Shown piece by piece: positions 1-12,965 of a stretch of DNA of 64,000 nt. The DNA is from Callorhinchus milii (lineage: Eukaryota). The notes under the pieces are model-generated. The model ran no database searches. It worked only from the letters and a program-made list of their open reading frames with translations, and was not told the DNA's origin. The DNA is taken from positions 15,812,001-15,876,000 of the forward strand of contig NW_024704742.1 of the NCBI RefSeq assembly GCF_018977255.1, written 5' to 3'. How positions within the stretch are numbered: the first letter of the stretch is position 1; every line of letters begins with the position of its first letter. Made by a program: the position numbers and the translations under genes.

Positions 1-172
1 CGGACCATTTATATATTTATAAGAAAATTTGGTGTTTATTTTCAAGATCTAATCTCTGTAACTGAACCTGTCTGTTGTCAAGCGCTTTGGGCCACTACCC
101 AGCGTGAAGGGCACTATATTGTTGGAACTAAGCTGTTGTTGTTATTGTATCTGTCTGTGCAGGAATAGAAGA

Positions 173-517
173 GTCTAGGCTGACATTTCAATGCCACGCT
201 GGGTATGTGCTGAATTGTTGGAGGTGCCGTCCTTCAGATGAAACATTAAACCAAGGTCCCATTTGCTTGTTCAGGTGGTCATTATAGATCGCATGGTACT
301 ATTCATGAAGAGAAGTTCCTCCTGGTGCCCTGGCCAACAATCCCACATACGAAATGGGTCATTCACTTTGTGGCTGTTTGTGGGACATCGCTATGTGCAA
401 ATTGGTTGTCACAATTACCTACAAAATACAGTCATTACACTTCACAGCAAATACTGTGAGCACATTGAGAGGCCATCTCTACATGAAAGGTTCCATATCA
501 AATACTAGAATTATTAT
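173..517 (+). mobile_element. 5'-truncated tRNA-derived SINE, family A (DeuSINE/SacSINE1-like, L2 tail)
   Basis: Colinear with the complete copies at 34752 and 40106 (ggaggtgccgtccttcagatga...ttaaacc...ggctgtttgtgggaca...atatcaaat + attatta tail). Confidence 0.8.
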
Positions 518-3099
518 ATCTTGTTGGTCAGGGTAAACATAACCTCACCTGATTTGAAAGTAGTACTCTGTGGGAGAATAAATGTGTTCTGTACCTGGTT
601 CAGTCACAATTCGAATCCAAAACAATTATCCTAAAAATATAATTGTTGCACATCTGTTCTGAGCAGATAAAAAACAATTCGCTCATCAGTCTTCTTGCTG
701 TGGAATGTACATTATTGCTACATCATTGTAAAATAGCACTGACATTTCCAGTTACGGTTCACACGTCAATGGAAGATTATTACCTACACTATAAAATTTC
801 AGAACCTCAAGCCATAAAAGCACTGTAACATTTAGGGTGCTCCTTTAATGCATTGAATACAGGTAGGAGAAATAAATGCATGGAGTGAGTAACAGGATGC
901 CAAATAAATGGCAATTATTGCTTAATGCACCTATAATGATGTTCAACGGTGTTACCCTTATTATAGATGGTCACATGACAGCAGTGAATATCAACTGAGT
1001 CATGTGAATGTGCTCAGTCTTGTGTGCTAAAGTGAACAGAATTCTATGAGAAAGGAAGGTGTCCTAGAATGATATTCATAGATATTTACCAACAATTGAT
1101 TCACGAGTGCAATCTGATTCCAGATGTTTTAAACTGTGCTGGTTTGTTGCATTGAAATTAAACTATCAGAACTATAAAGAGTGCCAATACTGTAAATGGA
1201 TGAAATGCATTGGAGGTGGATAACAGAATTATAGCCATGTTTGGCAGAATTATAGCCATCTTTGCTCTGCCTTGTAACGGTTTTCAAGTAATTTTTACTC
1301 ATAATTCTTATTTTTTATCTTGGTGAATCGTAAAGTACTGTTCTGGATGTACTTTTCAAATCCCATTCAAAATGTTATACACCTGTATGAGATCCTCTCT
1401 GTAATGTCTTCTCTCAAGACTGAAGAGCCCTACCTTGTCTAATCATCTTAAGACTGAAGAGCCTCATAAAGAACTCTAGGAAGAACAAACGAGAATGGGA
1501 TCTCCATGGTGGTGATAGTTCATTATCATAGGATGGATTTCACTACAACTGCACGTTTTCCTACAAAATCTGTCACTGCTCATCTGTAAACCATTTAACT
1601 GTTTCAATGTTTATAAGACACCTAAAAAACTAAAATTTGGGGGGACATTACTATGTTCAAATTAGATGTCCCGTTTGGCTACAAACACATAGATACTACA
1701 CTTTTCAGAAAACTCGCAGCTTTGAGATGCTTTGACATTATAGGTGCTCTATCAAATGGAAGTATTTTTGTGATTTATCATCACTTTCGTTGGCACCTCT
1801 GGCTGATGTAATGGATCTGAGAGGGTGGCTCGTACATGTTTGATTAATAAACTAGATTTAAGAGTGTATCAACTGGTTTTGTATCCAGAAGAATGGTTGA
1901 AGTAACGTTCTGGGAGCATGTCTGCTGTATGCTGGACTAAATGAACTGGGGAATATGGTTGATGCGCTACCTTTTCAAGTCAATAGGTTATAACAATGTG
2001 GAATGAACTGACCTTGTGACATAGAAGTGAAAAATGAATTAAGGTGCTCAAGGAAGAGGTAGATTCTTGGAAAGTAATCAGTGATGTGGGGAAATGAGGG
2101 TGAATTGTCATAGTAGCCATATCACACTATTGGTTCATCTAGGCACCCACCTAACTGCCTCAGAAATCATCTTATGTTTCTCAGTAACCGATATTTTTGT
2201 GCTATTCTGGTGTAAAATTATTAATCGTGTTGGTGGTGGGAGTAGGGGTGGGGGAGGGGGTATTCTGTTTGAACCAGTGTACAAGGACACCATTTTGACA
2301 ATAGGCTCTGGACAGTTTTGTGCTCTAAAGTCCAGAGTTTAGCATCATTTTATGAGTTTAGCATCTTTTATCACCCCCCCAAACTCGAAGGTTTTGCATC
2401 TTCATATTTTTGAGAACAGGCATTGTGCTTCTTATTGGTTTTTAAACACATCATTCATAATCTTAGAAAATAATCAACATCTGGGAGGCTTTCATTAATT
2501 GTGAAGGCGTTTTTGATTGGCAGTGGGCACTTAAGACAACAATTATGCATACCTGAGGGAGAAAGAAATAGAGAGGTATGGAAAGGAGATGAGGAGGGTA
2601 GAGACTCATGTAGATGATGATACCAACAACTTGCATTTATATAGCACCCTTCATGCAGGGTAGTGTCCTGGAGTGCTTCACTGTGCAAAGTCTGACAACA
2701 CTGATAAATACTGTACATATATACATTTTACTATGTGTGATAATAACATGTAATATGCATGTATCATTCCAAATATAATATATGTTGTATTATATCACAG
2801 CATATGTGAGATCCTTACATTGATTTGGGAGAAAGACAGATGTTCTTTTGACTTATTGAATTGATATCTGAATATAGCCAATGCATATTTGACTGAATAG
2901 AACTAATTGAGTGATTGAAAAGAATTAACAATGATGGTATAACATGATTGAATGTGAGACCAATATGGAGAGTTGGACTAACTGAATTAGATTTGGGAGA
3001 ACTGGCAATGTGTGAGATGTTGACTGACTGGAAATTGCATTGTGATCTGCAATATGAAGGAGTGATTAAGTCTAGTTTGTATAAAAAATGCAATAAACC

Positions 3100-3215
3100 T
3101 AGATAGAAACCACAGAAATTTACAGCATAGAAGAAAACTATTCAGCTCATCATGCCTGAGCTGGCTCCCTTAAGAGCAATGCTTTCAGTCCCATTTACTT
3201 GCCCCTGCTACACAT
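3100..3215 (-). mobile_element. CR1 LINE 3'-end stub
   Basis: Reverse complement resembles the CR1 3' terminus at 7860-7918 (acagaaatttacagcatagaag...attcagctcatc). Confidence 0.6.
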
Positions 3216-4089
3216 CTTATGCGTTTTAGATATAAATATTATATAATAAATAGCAAAATATGCATGAGCATATTCCTTGTTGTATTTAGTATGTGGGTCG
3301 CTGCCAAAATCATAAGTAAACATTACTTTATGCTCATTTCTTAATTTTATCATCTGAATTATATATTGTTGCAGTGCTGATTTAATATCAAGATCAAAAG
3401 GTGATTGCTGGACACCTTCAACATCTGCCTGCTTTGTGTCGCCACCTGATCCACCCCACTATCAGTGGACAAGCCTCCAGCCATTTCTTCCCTGCTCCAT
3501 GGAACTCCCTCCCTCCCTCCTTTTAAAACCCACTGTAAAACTTTTTGACCTTGCTTTCAGTCAATAAACAAAAACAACCATGAAGTAAATCACTATTGTT
3601 ATTTGAGGAATTGTTGACCAGGACAAAGGGATAATCTTGAGCAGAGAGCCCAGCAGTGTGAGGAGGGAACTGAGTGAGGTGGAACAGAGTGAGAATTCTG
3701 TTAAGGGATTTGGTGAGAGTGGAATTTTTTCAGCAAGAGAGATACCAGAGAGCAAGAGAGAACTCTTTCATTCACAGAAGAGTGGAAAATCTATCTTGAG
3801 ATAGAGGCAACCTTTTATGTAAGCAGGCAAACAAGTCAATTAGCAGTTAACCATAGGCCAGGTGTTGGGATTTAAAAATCTACTGACTAATCGAAACTGG
3901 GTGCCTTTGTTTGAGTCCTATATAAAGGAGAAAACTTGTGAGAGGCCTTGTAGTGTGAGGTGGAACAGAATGAGAATTGTGTTAAGGAATTTGGTGATAG
4001 TGGGAATTCAGTATGGGGTGGAAAGAGGTGCATAATTATATATGTTATATTAAAATAACATAAAACATTTCTGGGCAGCTGAGACTGGT

Positions 4090-4982
4090 TGCATGCACAA
4101 TGTGTGCCATCTGGGAACTCCAGGATGTTTTGTGTGCCCTGGACAGACATGTGTGTAGGAAGTGCCTCTGGCTGCTTGGGCTCAGAGTTTCTGAGCTTGA
4201 TTGAGGAGAGGCTGGTGGTCACTAAATATAATATGGAAGGCTGAAGAGTTCATGGATTGAACAATTCAGGAGATGGTCACCCCACAGCCACAGAGGGTTT
4301 AGAAGGAGACTGAATGGGTGACCAACCAGCATGTAGTAGAAGGGATAGGCAGTTCAGAAATTCCCTGAGAGTGTGGCACTCACAAATAGTTCTCTGTATT
4401 GAATACTGGTCAGGGTAATGACAACTCTGGGGAGGGGAGTAAAAAGCAAATGGATGCACAGGGGGACAGAGGGAAGAGTATCAATGCAATTGTCATTAGG
4501 GACACAATGGTGAAAGAAGTAGATAGGGGTTCCTGCAACCAAAGATGTGACATTTGCATGGTATGTTGCCTCCCTGGTGCTAGAGTTGAAGACATCATGG
4601 AATGGGTGCAAAAAATTCTACAGGGGGAAGGGGAACATTCAGAAGTTGTGGTCCATATTGGGATCCATGATGTAGGAAAAAGAAAGGCTGAGATTCTACA
4701 GGTAGAGTATCGGAAGCTAGGAAAAAGCTAGAGAGTAGCACCTCAAAGGTGGTGATCTCTGGATTCCTCCCAGTGCCTTGAGCAAGTGAGTATCAAAACA
4801 GTAGGATCAAACACATGAAAGCATAGCTTGAGAAATGATGCAGAAAGGAGGACTTCAGGTTCCTGGATCATTGGGATGAGTTCTGGGGCAGGTGGGACTT
4901 GTACAGGTTAAACCTCAACAGGGCTGGGACTAACATCCTCGTAGGGAGGTTAACTAGTGCTGTGAGGAAGGGTTTAAACTAA
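4090..4982 (+). pseudogene. CR1 ORF1 remnant: Cys-rich zinc-finger/coiled-coil region followed by SGNH esterase-like domain
   Basis: HVCRKC...RVSEL-like segment near 4150-4200; ORF 4399-4731 has AIVIRDTMV (degenerate VIGDS block), CLPGARVEDI and VVVHIG; interrupted by stops. Confidence 0.8.
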
Positions 4983-5129
4983 TTTCGAGGGTGTAGGGAA
5001 TCAAGATGTGGCATTAGAGAGAACAAACAAGTTATATAGAGGGCTGGGAGAGATGAGTAGCAATGTAATCAGGAGCAATCCAGAAAAAGGAGGGATTAGA
5101 CAGGGGAGAAATGCAGAACAGAATAAGTC

Positions 5130-7830
5130 GGTCTTGGAGTGCATGTGCGTAAATGCACGGAGTGTGACAAATAAGATTGGTGAGCTGCAGACTCAAGTTG
5201 CCACATGGGGTTATGATGTAGTGGCATGAAGTAAGACCTGAATCAAACAATGGCAGGAATGGGAGCTGAATATTCCTGGCTACAATGTATTCAAGAGGCA
5301 TATGGGAAGGAGTTAAAGGAGGGGGTGTGGTAATATTAATTAAAGATACGGTTATGGCTCTGGAAAGGGATGATGCACTAGAGGGTCCAAAAACAGAATC
5401 TATTTAGTTGGAGTTAAGAAGCAGAAAAGGAGCTGTTACCCTGTTAGGTGTGTACTATGGACCACCAAATAGTGGGAAGGAAATAGATGAGTAAATCTGC
5501 AAGCAAATTTCAGAAAGATGCAAAATCAACAGAGTAGTGATAATGGGGGACTTCAATTATCCTAACATAGACTGACAAAACAACAGTGTAAAGGGCAATG
5601 AGGGGGAAGCATTCCTGAAATGTGTGCAGGGTAACTTTCTAGATCAGTATGTTTCCATCCAATGAGGAAGGAAGCAGTGCTGGATCTAGTTCTGGGAATG
5701 AAGTGGGGCAAATAGAGTAGGTTTCAATAGGAGAGCATCTGGACAACAGTGATCACAACATCATTAGGTTTAGAGTACTTATGGAAAGGGATAAGGAGCA
5801 AACAAAGGTGAATATACTTAACTGGCAGAGGGATAATTTCAATGAGTTAAAGGAACCTAACTAAGGTGGACTGGAAAAACAGATTGACAAGTAAAACAGC
5901 TAATAAGCAATAGGAAGCCTGCAAGGGGGAGACAGTTTGGAGACGGAACAAATACATTCTCACAAAGGGGAAAGGTAGGGTATCCAAACCTCCCTGGATG
6001 AATAATGAAATTGGGATTAAAATAAAACAGAAAAATGAAGCTTATGATAAATGTCAGGTCCAAAATACAGAAGATAATCAAATACAATAAAGAAAGTACA
6101 GAGGAGAACTGAAAAAGGAAATGAGAGGGGCAAACAGATTGGATGAGAAAAGATTAGCAGGTAACATAAAATGGACCCCTAAGGTATTTTGTAAGCATAT
6201 AAAGAACAAAAGGTTGGTCAAAGATAGAGTGGGACCGAAGAGGAAATCTTCTTGTGGAGGCAGAGGACATGGCTGACGTATTGAATGAGTACTTTGCATC
6301 TGTCTTCACAAAAGAAGAGGATGCAGCCAATGCCATAGTATCGGAGGAGAGGGTAGAGAAATTAGATAAGATAAGAATAAACCGAGAGGAGGTATGAAAA
6401 ATGTTATTGGTGCTTAAGTTAGATAAGTCACCTGGTCCGTGTGGGATGCATCCTAGTTTACTGAGAGAAGTAAGGGTGGAAATAACGGAGGCTCTGGCCA
6501 CAATCTTTCAATTCTCCTTGGACACCGGGGTGGTACCAGAGGACTGGAGGGTTGCAAATGTTCCTCCCCTGTACAAAAAGGGACAGAAGGATAAACCTGG
6601 GAACTACAGACCAGTCAGCCTGATATCAGCAGTGAGGAAATTTCTAGAGACTAATCTGGGACAAAATATGCACTTAGAAAAATATGGGTTAATAAAGGAC
6701 AGCCAACATGGATTTGTTAAAGGCAATCATCATAGGTTTTTGATAAAGTAATGGAGAGGGTGGATGAAGGTAGTGCAGTTGATGTAGTTTATATGGATTT
6801 TCAAAAGGAGTTTGATAAAGTGCCACATAAGAGACTTGTAAGCAAGCTAGAAGCTCACGGTATTAAAGAGATAGTGGCAGCATGGATGCAGAACTGGATG
6901 GGACACAGAAATTAGGGAGTGGTGGTGAATGGTTGTTTTTCTGAGGGAAGTGTGCAGTGGTGATCAATATTGGGACCACTGCTGTTTTTGATCTATATAA
7001 ATGACCTGGACTTGGGTACAGGGAGTACAATTCCAACTTTGCAGATGATGCTAAGCTAGGAAAAATAGTAAACAGTGAGGATTATAGTAGCAGACTGCAA
7101 TGGACATAAACAGACTGGTAAAATGGCAAATGCAGTTTAATGTGGAGAATTACAAAGTGACACATTTTGGGAGGAAGAATGAGGAGAGGCAATATAAGCT
7201 AAATTGTCCAATCTTAAAGGGGGAGAAGGAACAGAGAGACCCGAAGGTTCATATCAGTAAATATTTGAAGGTGGCAGGACAGGTAGATAAAGCTGTTAAA
7301 AAAAGCATACAGGATGCTAGGCTTCATAAATAGGGGCATAGAATACAAAAGTCAGAAAGTTATGATGAACCTTTTATAAAATACTGGTTAGGCCTCAGTT
7401 AGAGTATTGTGTTCAGTTCTGGGCACCACACTTTAGGAAGGATGTCAAGACATTGGAGAGGGTGCAAAGGAGATTTACCAGGAATAAGGACTTCAGTTAT
7501 CAAGAGAGGCTAGGGAAGCTAGGATTATTCTCCTTGGAGGAGAGAAGGTTAAGAGGAGAGTTCATGGAAGTTTTCAAAATTATGAGGGAATTCGATAGGG
7601 CGCACAAGGAGAAATTATTTCCACTGGCGGGTGGGCCAGCAGTCTGAGGACACTGATTTAAGATAGTTGTTAAAAGTAACAGGGGAGGTCAGGAGAATTT
7701 TTTTCACAAAGCGAGTTGCTCGGATCTGGAATGCATTGCCTGAAATGTTTGTGGGTTAAAACTTTTAAGAGAGAAGTAGATAATCATTAGGGGAGGACAA
7801 GTTTGCAGGGCTATGGGGAGAGAGCGGGGG
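5130..7830 (+). pseudogene. CR1 ORF2 remnant (APE endonuclease + reverse transcriptase), multiple stops and frameshifts
   Basis: ORF fragments 5008-5229, 6401-6751, 7100-7333 and 7453-7647 carry CR1 ORF2 motifs (KSPGP, PEDWRVANV, WQMQFNVE, LGLFSLEERRLRG). Confidence 0.9.
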
Positions 7831-9052
7831 AGTGGGATTAAATTGGATAGCTCTTTCCAAAGAGCCGGCACAGACACGATGGGCCGAATGGCCTCCTTCT
7901 ATGCTGTATGATTCTATGAAACTCCCTTCTCTTCAAATAGCGCCATGGAATCTACAATTTGAAAACTGCACTGGTTTCTCACAGATCTTATCCCACTATT
8001 AGATAGAATACATGCACCATAATTTATGCTATTTAGGGTTACTAATCAAGATGTGTAGCAGTTCAATTACAAATTTAAAACACATAATTGAATCAGCTGA
8101 TCAAGAAATAATATTTGGGGTTAATATTTTTAATTTTTTATCTTAACTTTTAATGACAAACTATAGAACCCTATGATAAAGTTTGACTTTACTGATTTGT
8201 GTCTGTTTAGACGAGTGTTAAATTCTGGATTGGATTTAGTGCAGAAAGCTTTAAGGTTTAACTTTATGCCTTCTGGTGCTTTGGTTTCAGGATTGATACA
8301 TTCTGTGCATAAAAATATTGATGAGAACGGGTTTAATTTGCTGACACAGAGAGAGAGATGATTGAAATAGGACAGGTTGGGTAATAGAAAAGGGATTGTT
8401 TTAAAAAAAACACTGCATTTTAACATGACAAAATGGAACTCTGGAGGTTAATTCTCTTTGTTTCCTTCTCAAGAATTGTTTTTTTCAACAGAAAAAAAGC
8501 CTTTTTTAGATGAGAAATGACACAGCGGAATACCAAGGTAGCATGGCATTGATATTTGCCTGTGTGCTTATTGGAGTGTGCGATTACAAACCTTACTATT
8601 CCTCCCACTGGAGACTGTGTGGGTGGATGTGGGCAGAAGGAATGACAGGCCGACCTTACAACTTTCTCCCATGAGCAATGCTATGGGTAATTGTAATTGC
8701 TTCTGAAAAGAACAACTGGAGTATTTCAAATATTCTTCTTTAAAAGCTTCTCCATATCTTTTCTTTATTTTCAAAATTATGAGGGGATTCGATAGGGCGC
8801 ACAAGGAGAAATTATTTCCTTTGTTGTGAAACCAAGGTGACCCAGGGTTACTCAGGTAACCCAAAAACATTTGTGCTTTTAAATCAGTCAGTTTCTGCAG
8901 AGCTCAGAATCAAAACCCTAATATAGTGAAGACATTAGTGTAAATGATTTCGAACAAGGCACATTGTTTTGTTCCTGTTGGTAATGAAATGGAAACTGAA
9001 TCTTTGCATTCAGAAAAAAAACTCCACACCCTGTACCATTTTTTCAGTTTAG

Positions 9053-9305
9053 GTGTCAGCCTGGCTTAGCTGGTGTTACTCTCACCTCTGCGTCAGAACA
9101 TTGTGGATTCTAAGTCCAGGTCAAGACTTTGAACTCACATAATGTAGAATAACACTCCAATGTAATGGTGGGCCATGTTGCATTGCTGCCATTGCCATCC
9201 TTCAGGTGAAATGTTAAACCAAGATCCAGTCTGCTTGTTCAGGTGGATGTTAAAGAAACTATAGCACTACTCTAAAGGGAATGAAGTTTCTCTTGACTTT
9301 ATGGC
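9053..9305 (+). mobile_element. Family-A SINE, 5' part
   Basis: Head gtgtcagcctggcttagctgg...gtggattc followed by the conserved central domain. Confidence 0.8.
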
Positions 9306-9329
9306 AAAAAAACGTTTTTAGGTGAAGCA

Positions 9330-9527
9330 GAAGTCAATTTGTACATGGCAATGTCCCAAAATTCAGGCATGAAGTAAATGATCAATTTTCTCTAAATGAT
9401 CGTTGACACTTCAAAAAGTTCTGTGGCATGTATTACAACCACCTGAATGGGCAGACAGGACTTCAGTTTAACATCTTCTCCAAAGGACAGCACCTCCAAC
9501 AATGCAACATTTCCTGAGTTCTGCACA
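9330..9527 (-). mobile_element. Family-A SINE fragment
   Basis: ccacctgaatgggcagacaggac...tttaacatc...aggacagcacctccaacaatgca is the reverse complement of the central domain. Confidence 0.7.
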
Positions 9528-9534
9528 GTTTAAA

Positions 9535-9815
9535 TAATAATAATAAATAATCCTTGAATTTGGTATAGCGCCTTTCACATCAAGAGATTGTCCCAAAGCA
9601 CTTCATAGGATTACAGTGAAGTGACTGTACATTTGCAGGCGAACACACAGCAGCCCAATTGTGCACAGCAATGGTTCACAAACGATCATGAAATATTAAT
9701 GATCAATTTTGTTGGGGGAATTGGTGGTCAGGACACCAGGAGCAACTTCTCTTTTCGAGCAGTGCCATGGGATTGTTAACTAATCAACTGATTCAGTCTG
9801 AGATGAGCAATCAGA
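9535..9815 (-). mobile_element. Family-A SINE, 3' half
   Basis: aataataataa tail and the reverse complement of the L2-like tail and body. Confidence 0.75.
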
Positions 9816-10434
9816 ACCTGATTGCTTGTCTGATATACTCATTCCCAGGTACCATAACTATTTATAAATCATCATCTGGGACATGCAAGAAGACAACAAA
9901 ATGATCTTCTTTCTCTCTGTTTATTCTATTTACGTTTCATTCACTTGACTCTGAATCTCCTCATGGAATGAGGACTGAGGCTGAGCTGAATTTTTAATGT
10001 TTCAAAAATGAACTTTTAATGAACTCTTTGACAGAATTTGGAAATTTTCTAGTTTAATTTTCAAAAAAAAGTACTTTCATTACAGGTTGCAGATTGTTGC
10101 TTTAGGCTGACAAAGATATCTTTCCCTTCAAACTACATCTGGTGAGTTTTAGGGAGGGAAATAATCACAAATACAATCTAATTTGGAACATTTGATGTAA
10201 TATCCCTTTAAGAGACAGGACAGTACAAACAAAGTCAAATAGTTCTTCATTGCTATCTGTTCTGGGAATGTGAACCAACAATGTTTACCTTGTGCCAAAA
10301 GTTTGCCTCTATGTTTCCTGAATGATATTGGCTCAGCTGCAACTGCAAGTAACAAATTACAAAATGAATAATAACTTTTAATGAACTCTTTAAAAACATC
10401 CAGATGGCCCAGTGCCCACAAAGGAGGAGGTTTT

Positions 10435-10660
10435 GTAAGGATGATCAGCAGTCGGGCCTTCAGCCTTTTCCTCTCCACTCTCTGGAACTCAATCCCAGAG
10501 TCCCTTCTTCTCGCCATTCCTTTCCCTCTTTCAAGGTCTGTCACAAGACCTTCCTCTTTGACCACACCTTCGGTCATCTTCCCTATCCCACCTCACCCAC
10601 TTTGCCCCCCACCCCTCCCAACGTGAAAGGTGCTATATAAATGCAATTTTGTTATTGGTG
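10435..10660 (+). mobile_element. L2 3'-end fragment
   Basis: gccttcagcc...ctctggaactc...ctctttgaccacaccttcggtca...gtgaaaggtgctatataaatgca(gtt)n; same layout as the L2 ends at 58330-58566 and 63270-63493. Confidence 0.75.
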
Positions 10661-12370
10661 GTGGTTTGGCTAATGTGTTGCCAGTGCAACGCTGAGTGAG
10701 TGTCTGATGCCCTAACAATCTGGTAATAACATTCATTTCAGTGTCTTGATTGTCAGTCTGTGGTATCAGTTTTACTCTTGGTAGTCTGGTGCTGGAGTCC
10801 TAAACTCTAGTGGTTGAACATATGGGAGGTTGGTTTCTCCTATTCCTGCAATAACAAAAACATAAAGGGATCGTACAAATGTCAAGCTATGATTAATCCA
10901 ATTCCTTGGTACATATGTAATTAAGAAAACAATCTGGTCCAATAATTCATACAATTTGTCATTTATTCTAAATCTAAAATGTTGCTTTCATGGCAGTCTC
11001 TGTGTCATGTCACATTTTAAACCATTGACAATAGTTGCATCAGATTCAGCATTATCCATTTTAAGCATTTATCAAAATGGTTCATCCCCACATTTCCAAC
11101 GGGATGAAAGCTGCCCATTTACGATCCCTTCTTATGTGTTTGTGTGTGAACATGTCTCAGTCAAGAGAATAAATCACAAATAACATGTAAGCAATATGCA
11201 AAAGGTTTGATTTCTATTTTGATGAACCCCCATAAAATAAATGGGGAGAGTGGGTGCATTTGTAGAGTGTGAATAGCATCTAATTGTGGCATTTCTTAAT
11301 GGGATTTAACAACAATCTGTTTGCCCCTATATGACACATTCTACATAGAATTTTACGTGGAAAACTTAAGTACTTATGACAGCATGTTTTGTGAAAATGA
11401 AAATTAAGGATGCTGATCAAAAGCCCAGTCGAAAAGATGCATTTTGGCATGGTTTTGAAGGCAGGCAGAAAGACAGCAAGTTAGGAGAAAAGGTTTCGAT
11501 AGATATTTCCAAAGGCAGGAGCACACTGGCTGAATGTTCATTCAGGGACTCTGGGTGTGAGAAACAAGCAATAAAGCAGAATCAGAGAGTAGTGGGAAAG
11601 ATGATCTTTGGGAACTCTGCTTAAATGTGACAGACATCCAAAGTGAAATTCAGGAGGTCAACAGGAATCGGAATTCAAATAGGAAATAAATGTCAATTAG
11701 ATTCCAATATCTTTGTATATTCTCATAGAGGACACAATTTGTCCAACCTGACAAAGAACTTCATTTACAGATTTGAACTAAAAGATTTAAAATAACTTTG
11801 CATTGGAAAATACAACTGGGGATGGCTGCAATAGAAAGTGTAAAAGCAACAGTAAAAGGATGAATAAAGGAAGCATGTTGGGGCCCACATTATTTTATAC
11901 AAAATAAACAAGCGGTGCTGACAAGACTAATTTCTGGGTATTGAGCAATGAGAGGATTGTGATACAAATGTGATTTTTTCACAAACCACCAGTCCATTAC
12001 ACATATTGTTTTTGTGCAACAAATTGGATTTATTTTTAAATGTTTGGAATAAGTTTTAGATAATTTTGAGCAAGCTTGCAGCAGCATGCTGCAGAGTGAC
12101 ATGTATAGTGACATATGAAATTGCCAGCAGGTGACAGGAAATTCTTTTAAAATTGGGGGGGAAAATTATTTTTGCTTCTAACAAAAAAAAAGCAGAAAGC
12201 TTGCTTAAATGAATGGATATCAGAACAGGTGATTTGATTTTCAGTTATCAGTCTTGTTGACTTCTAGGCTCAATGAAGAGCAAAAGATTTCTGCAATGAT
12301 TTAGTGGAAGTGTGAACCACAAATCACCCTTGCAGCCTAAGCGCAGGGAAATCTCCATGTTACATGGAAC

Positions 12371-12447
12371 TCTCAGTCTGGTTTGGACAGTTTTAAGCAC
12401 GATGATGAGTTTCTGCATGTGTTAGACACACTGCTGACCACAAAAAA
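12371..12447. mobile_element. Right-terminal repeat of the unclassified long-TIR MITE family
   Basis: ctctcagtctggtttgga...aagcacgatgatgagtttctgcatgtgttagacac...gctgacca matches 31981-32058 and 26620-26694. Confidence 0.65.
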
Positions 12448-12576
12448 GCTCAGTTCCAGTAGAAGAATTACTGGGAAGATGTGCCATTCCATTTGTGTCA
12501 TGTTTCAGTGGCATAACATATCTGTTTACATTATGTGTTTGAAAACCAATGTGGAAACACGTTTAATCATAAAATT

Positions 12577-12965
12577 ATAGAATTATACAGCACAGAAGGA
12601 GGCCATTTGGCCCATCATGTCTGTGCTGGGTCTTGGAAAAGAGCTATTTAATCCCTCTCTCCTGCTCTCTCCCCATAGCCCTGTAAACTTGTCCTCCTCA
12701 AATAATTATCTACTTCTCTCTTAAAAGCTATCACTTAATCGGCTCCCATCACCCTTTCAAGCAATGCATTCCAGATCCGAACAACTCTCTGTGTAAAAAA
12801 AATTTCTCCTCACCTCCCCTCTGTTTCTTTTAACAACTATTTTAAGTTGTTAATTTAACAATTTACAATTTAAATTGTTCATTTAATTAACAATTAAATT
12901 GAATTTAGTTAAATTAAATGTGGTGCTCTCAGGTTACTGACCCACCCGCCAGTGGAAATAGTTTG
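12577..12965 (-). mobile_element. CR1 3' fragment with an AT-rich insertion
   Basis: Reverse complement of 7620-7918 (atacagcacagaaggaggccatttggccca...gcattccagatccga...cccgccagtggaaata). Confidence 0.85.

Larger units (their letters stand above)
3633..7918 (+). mobile_element. Apparently full-length, decayed CR1-clade LINE inserted into a minus-strand family-A SINE
   Basis: 5'UTR, ORF1 remnants, APE endonuclease motifs (CVNARS, GDFNYP, LDL, SDH), RT motifs (PGNYRPVSL, QHGF, DFQKEFDKVPH, LGPLLF, FADD) and 3' tail gggccgaatggcctccttctatgctgtatgattctatga. Host SINE halves lie at 3562-3632 and 7919-7953. Confidence 0.92.
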
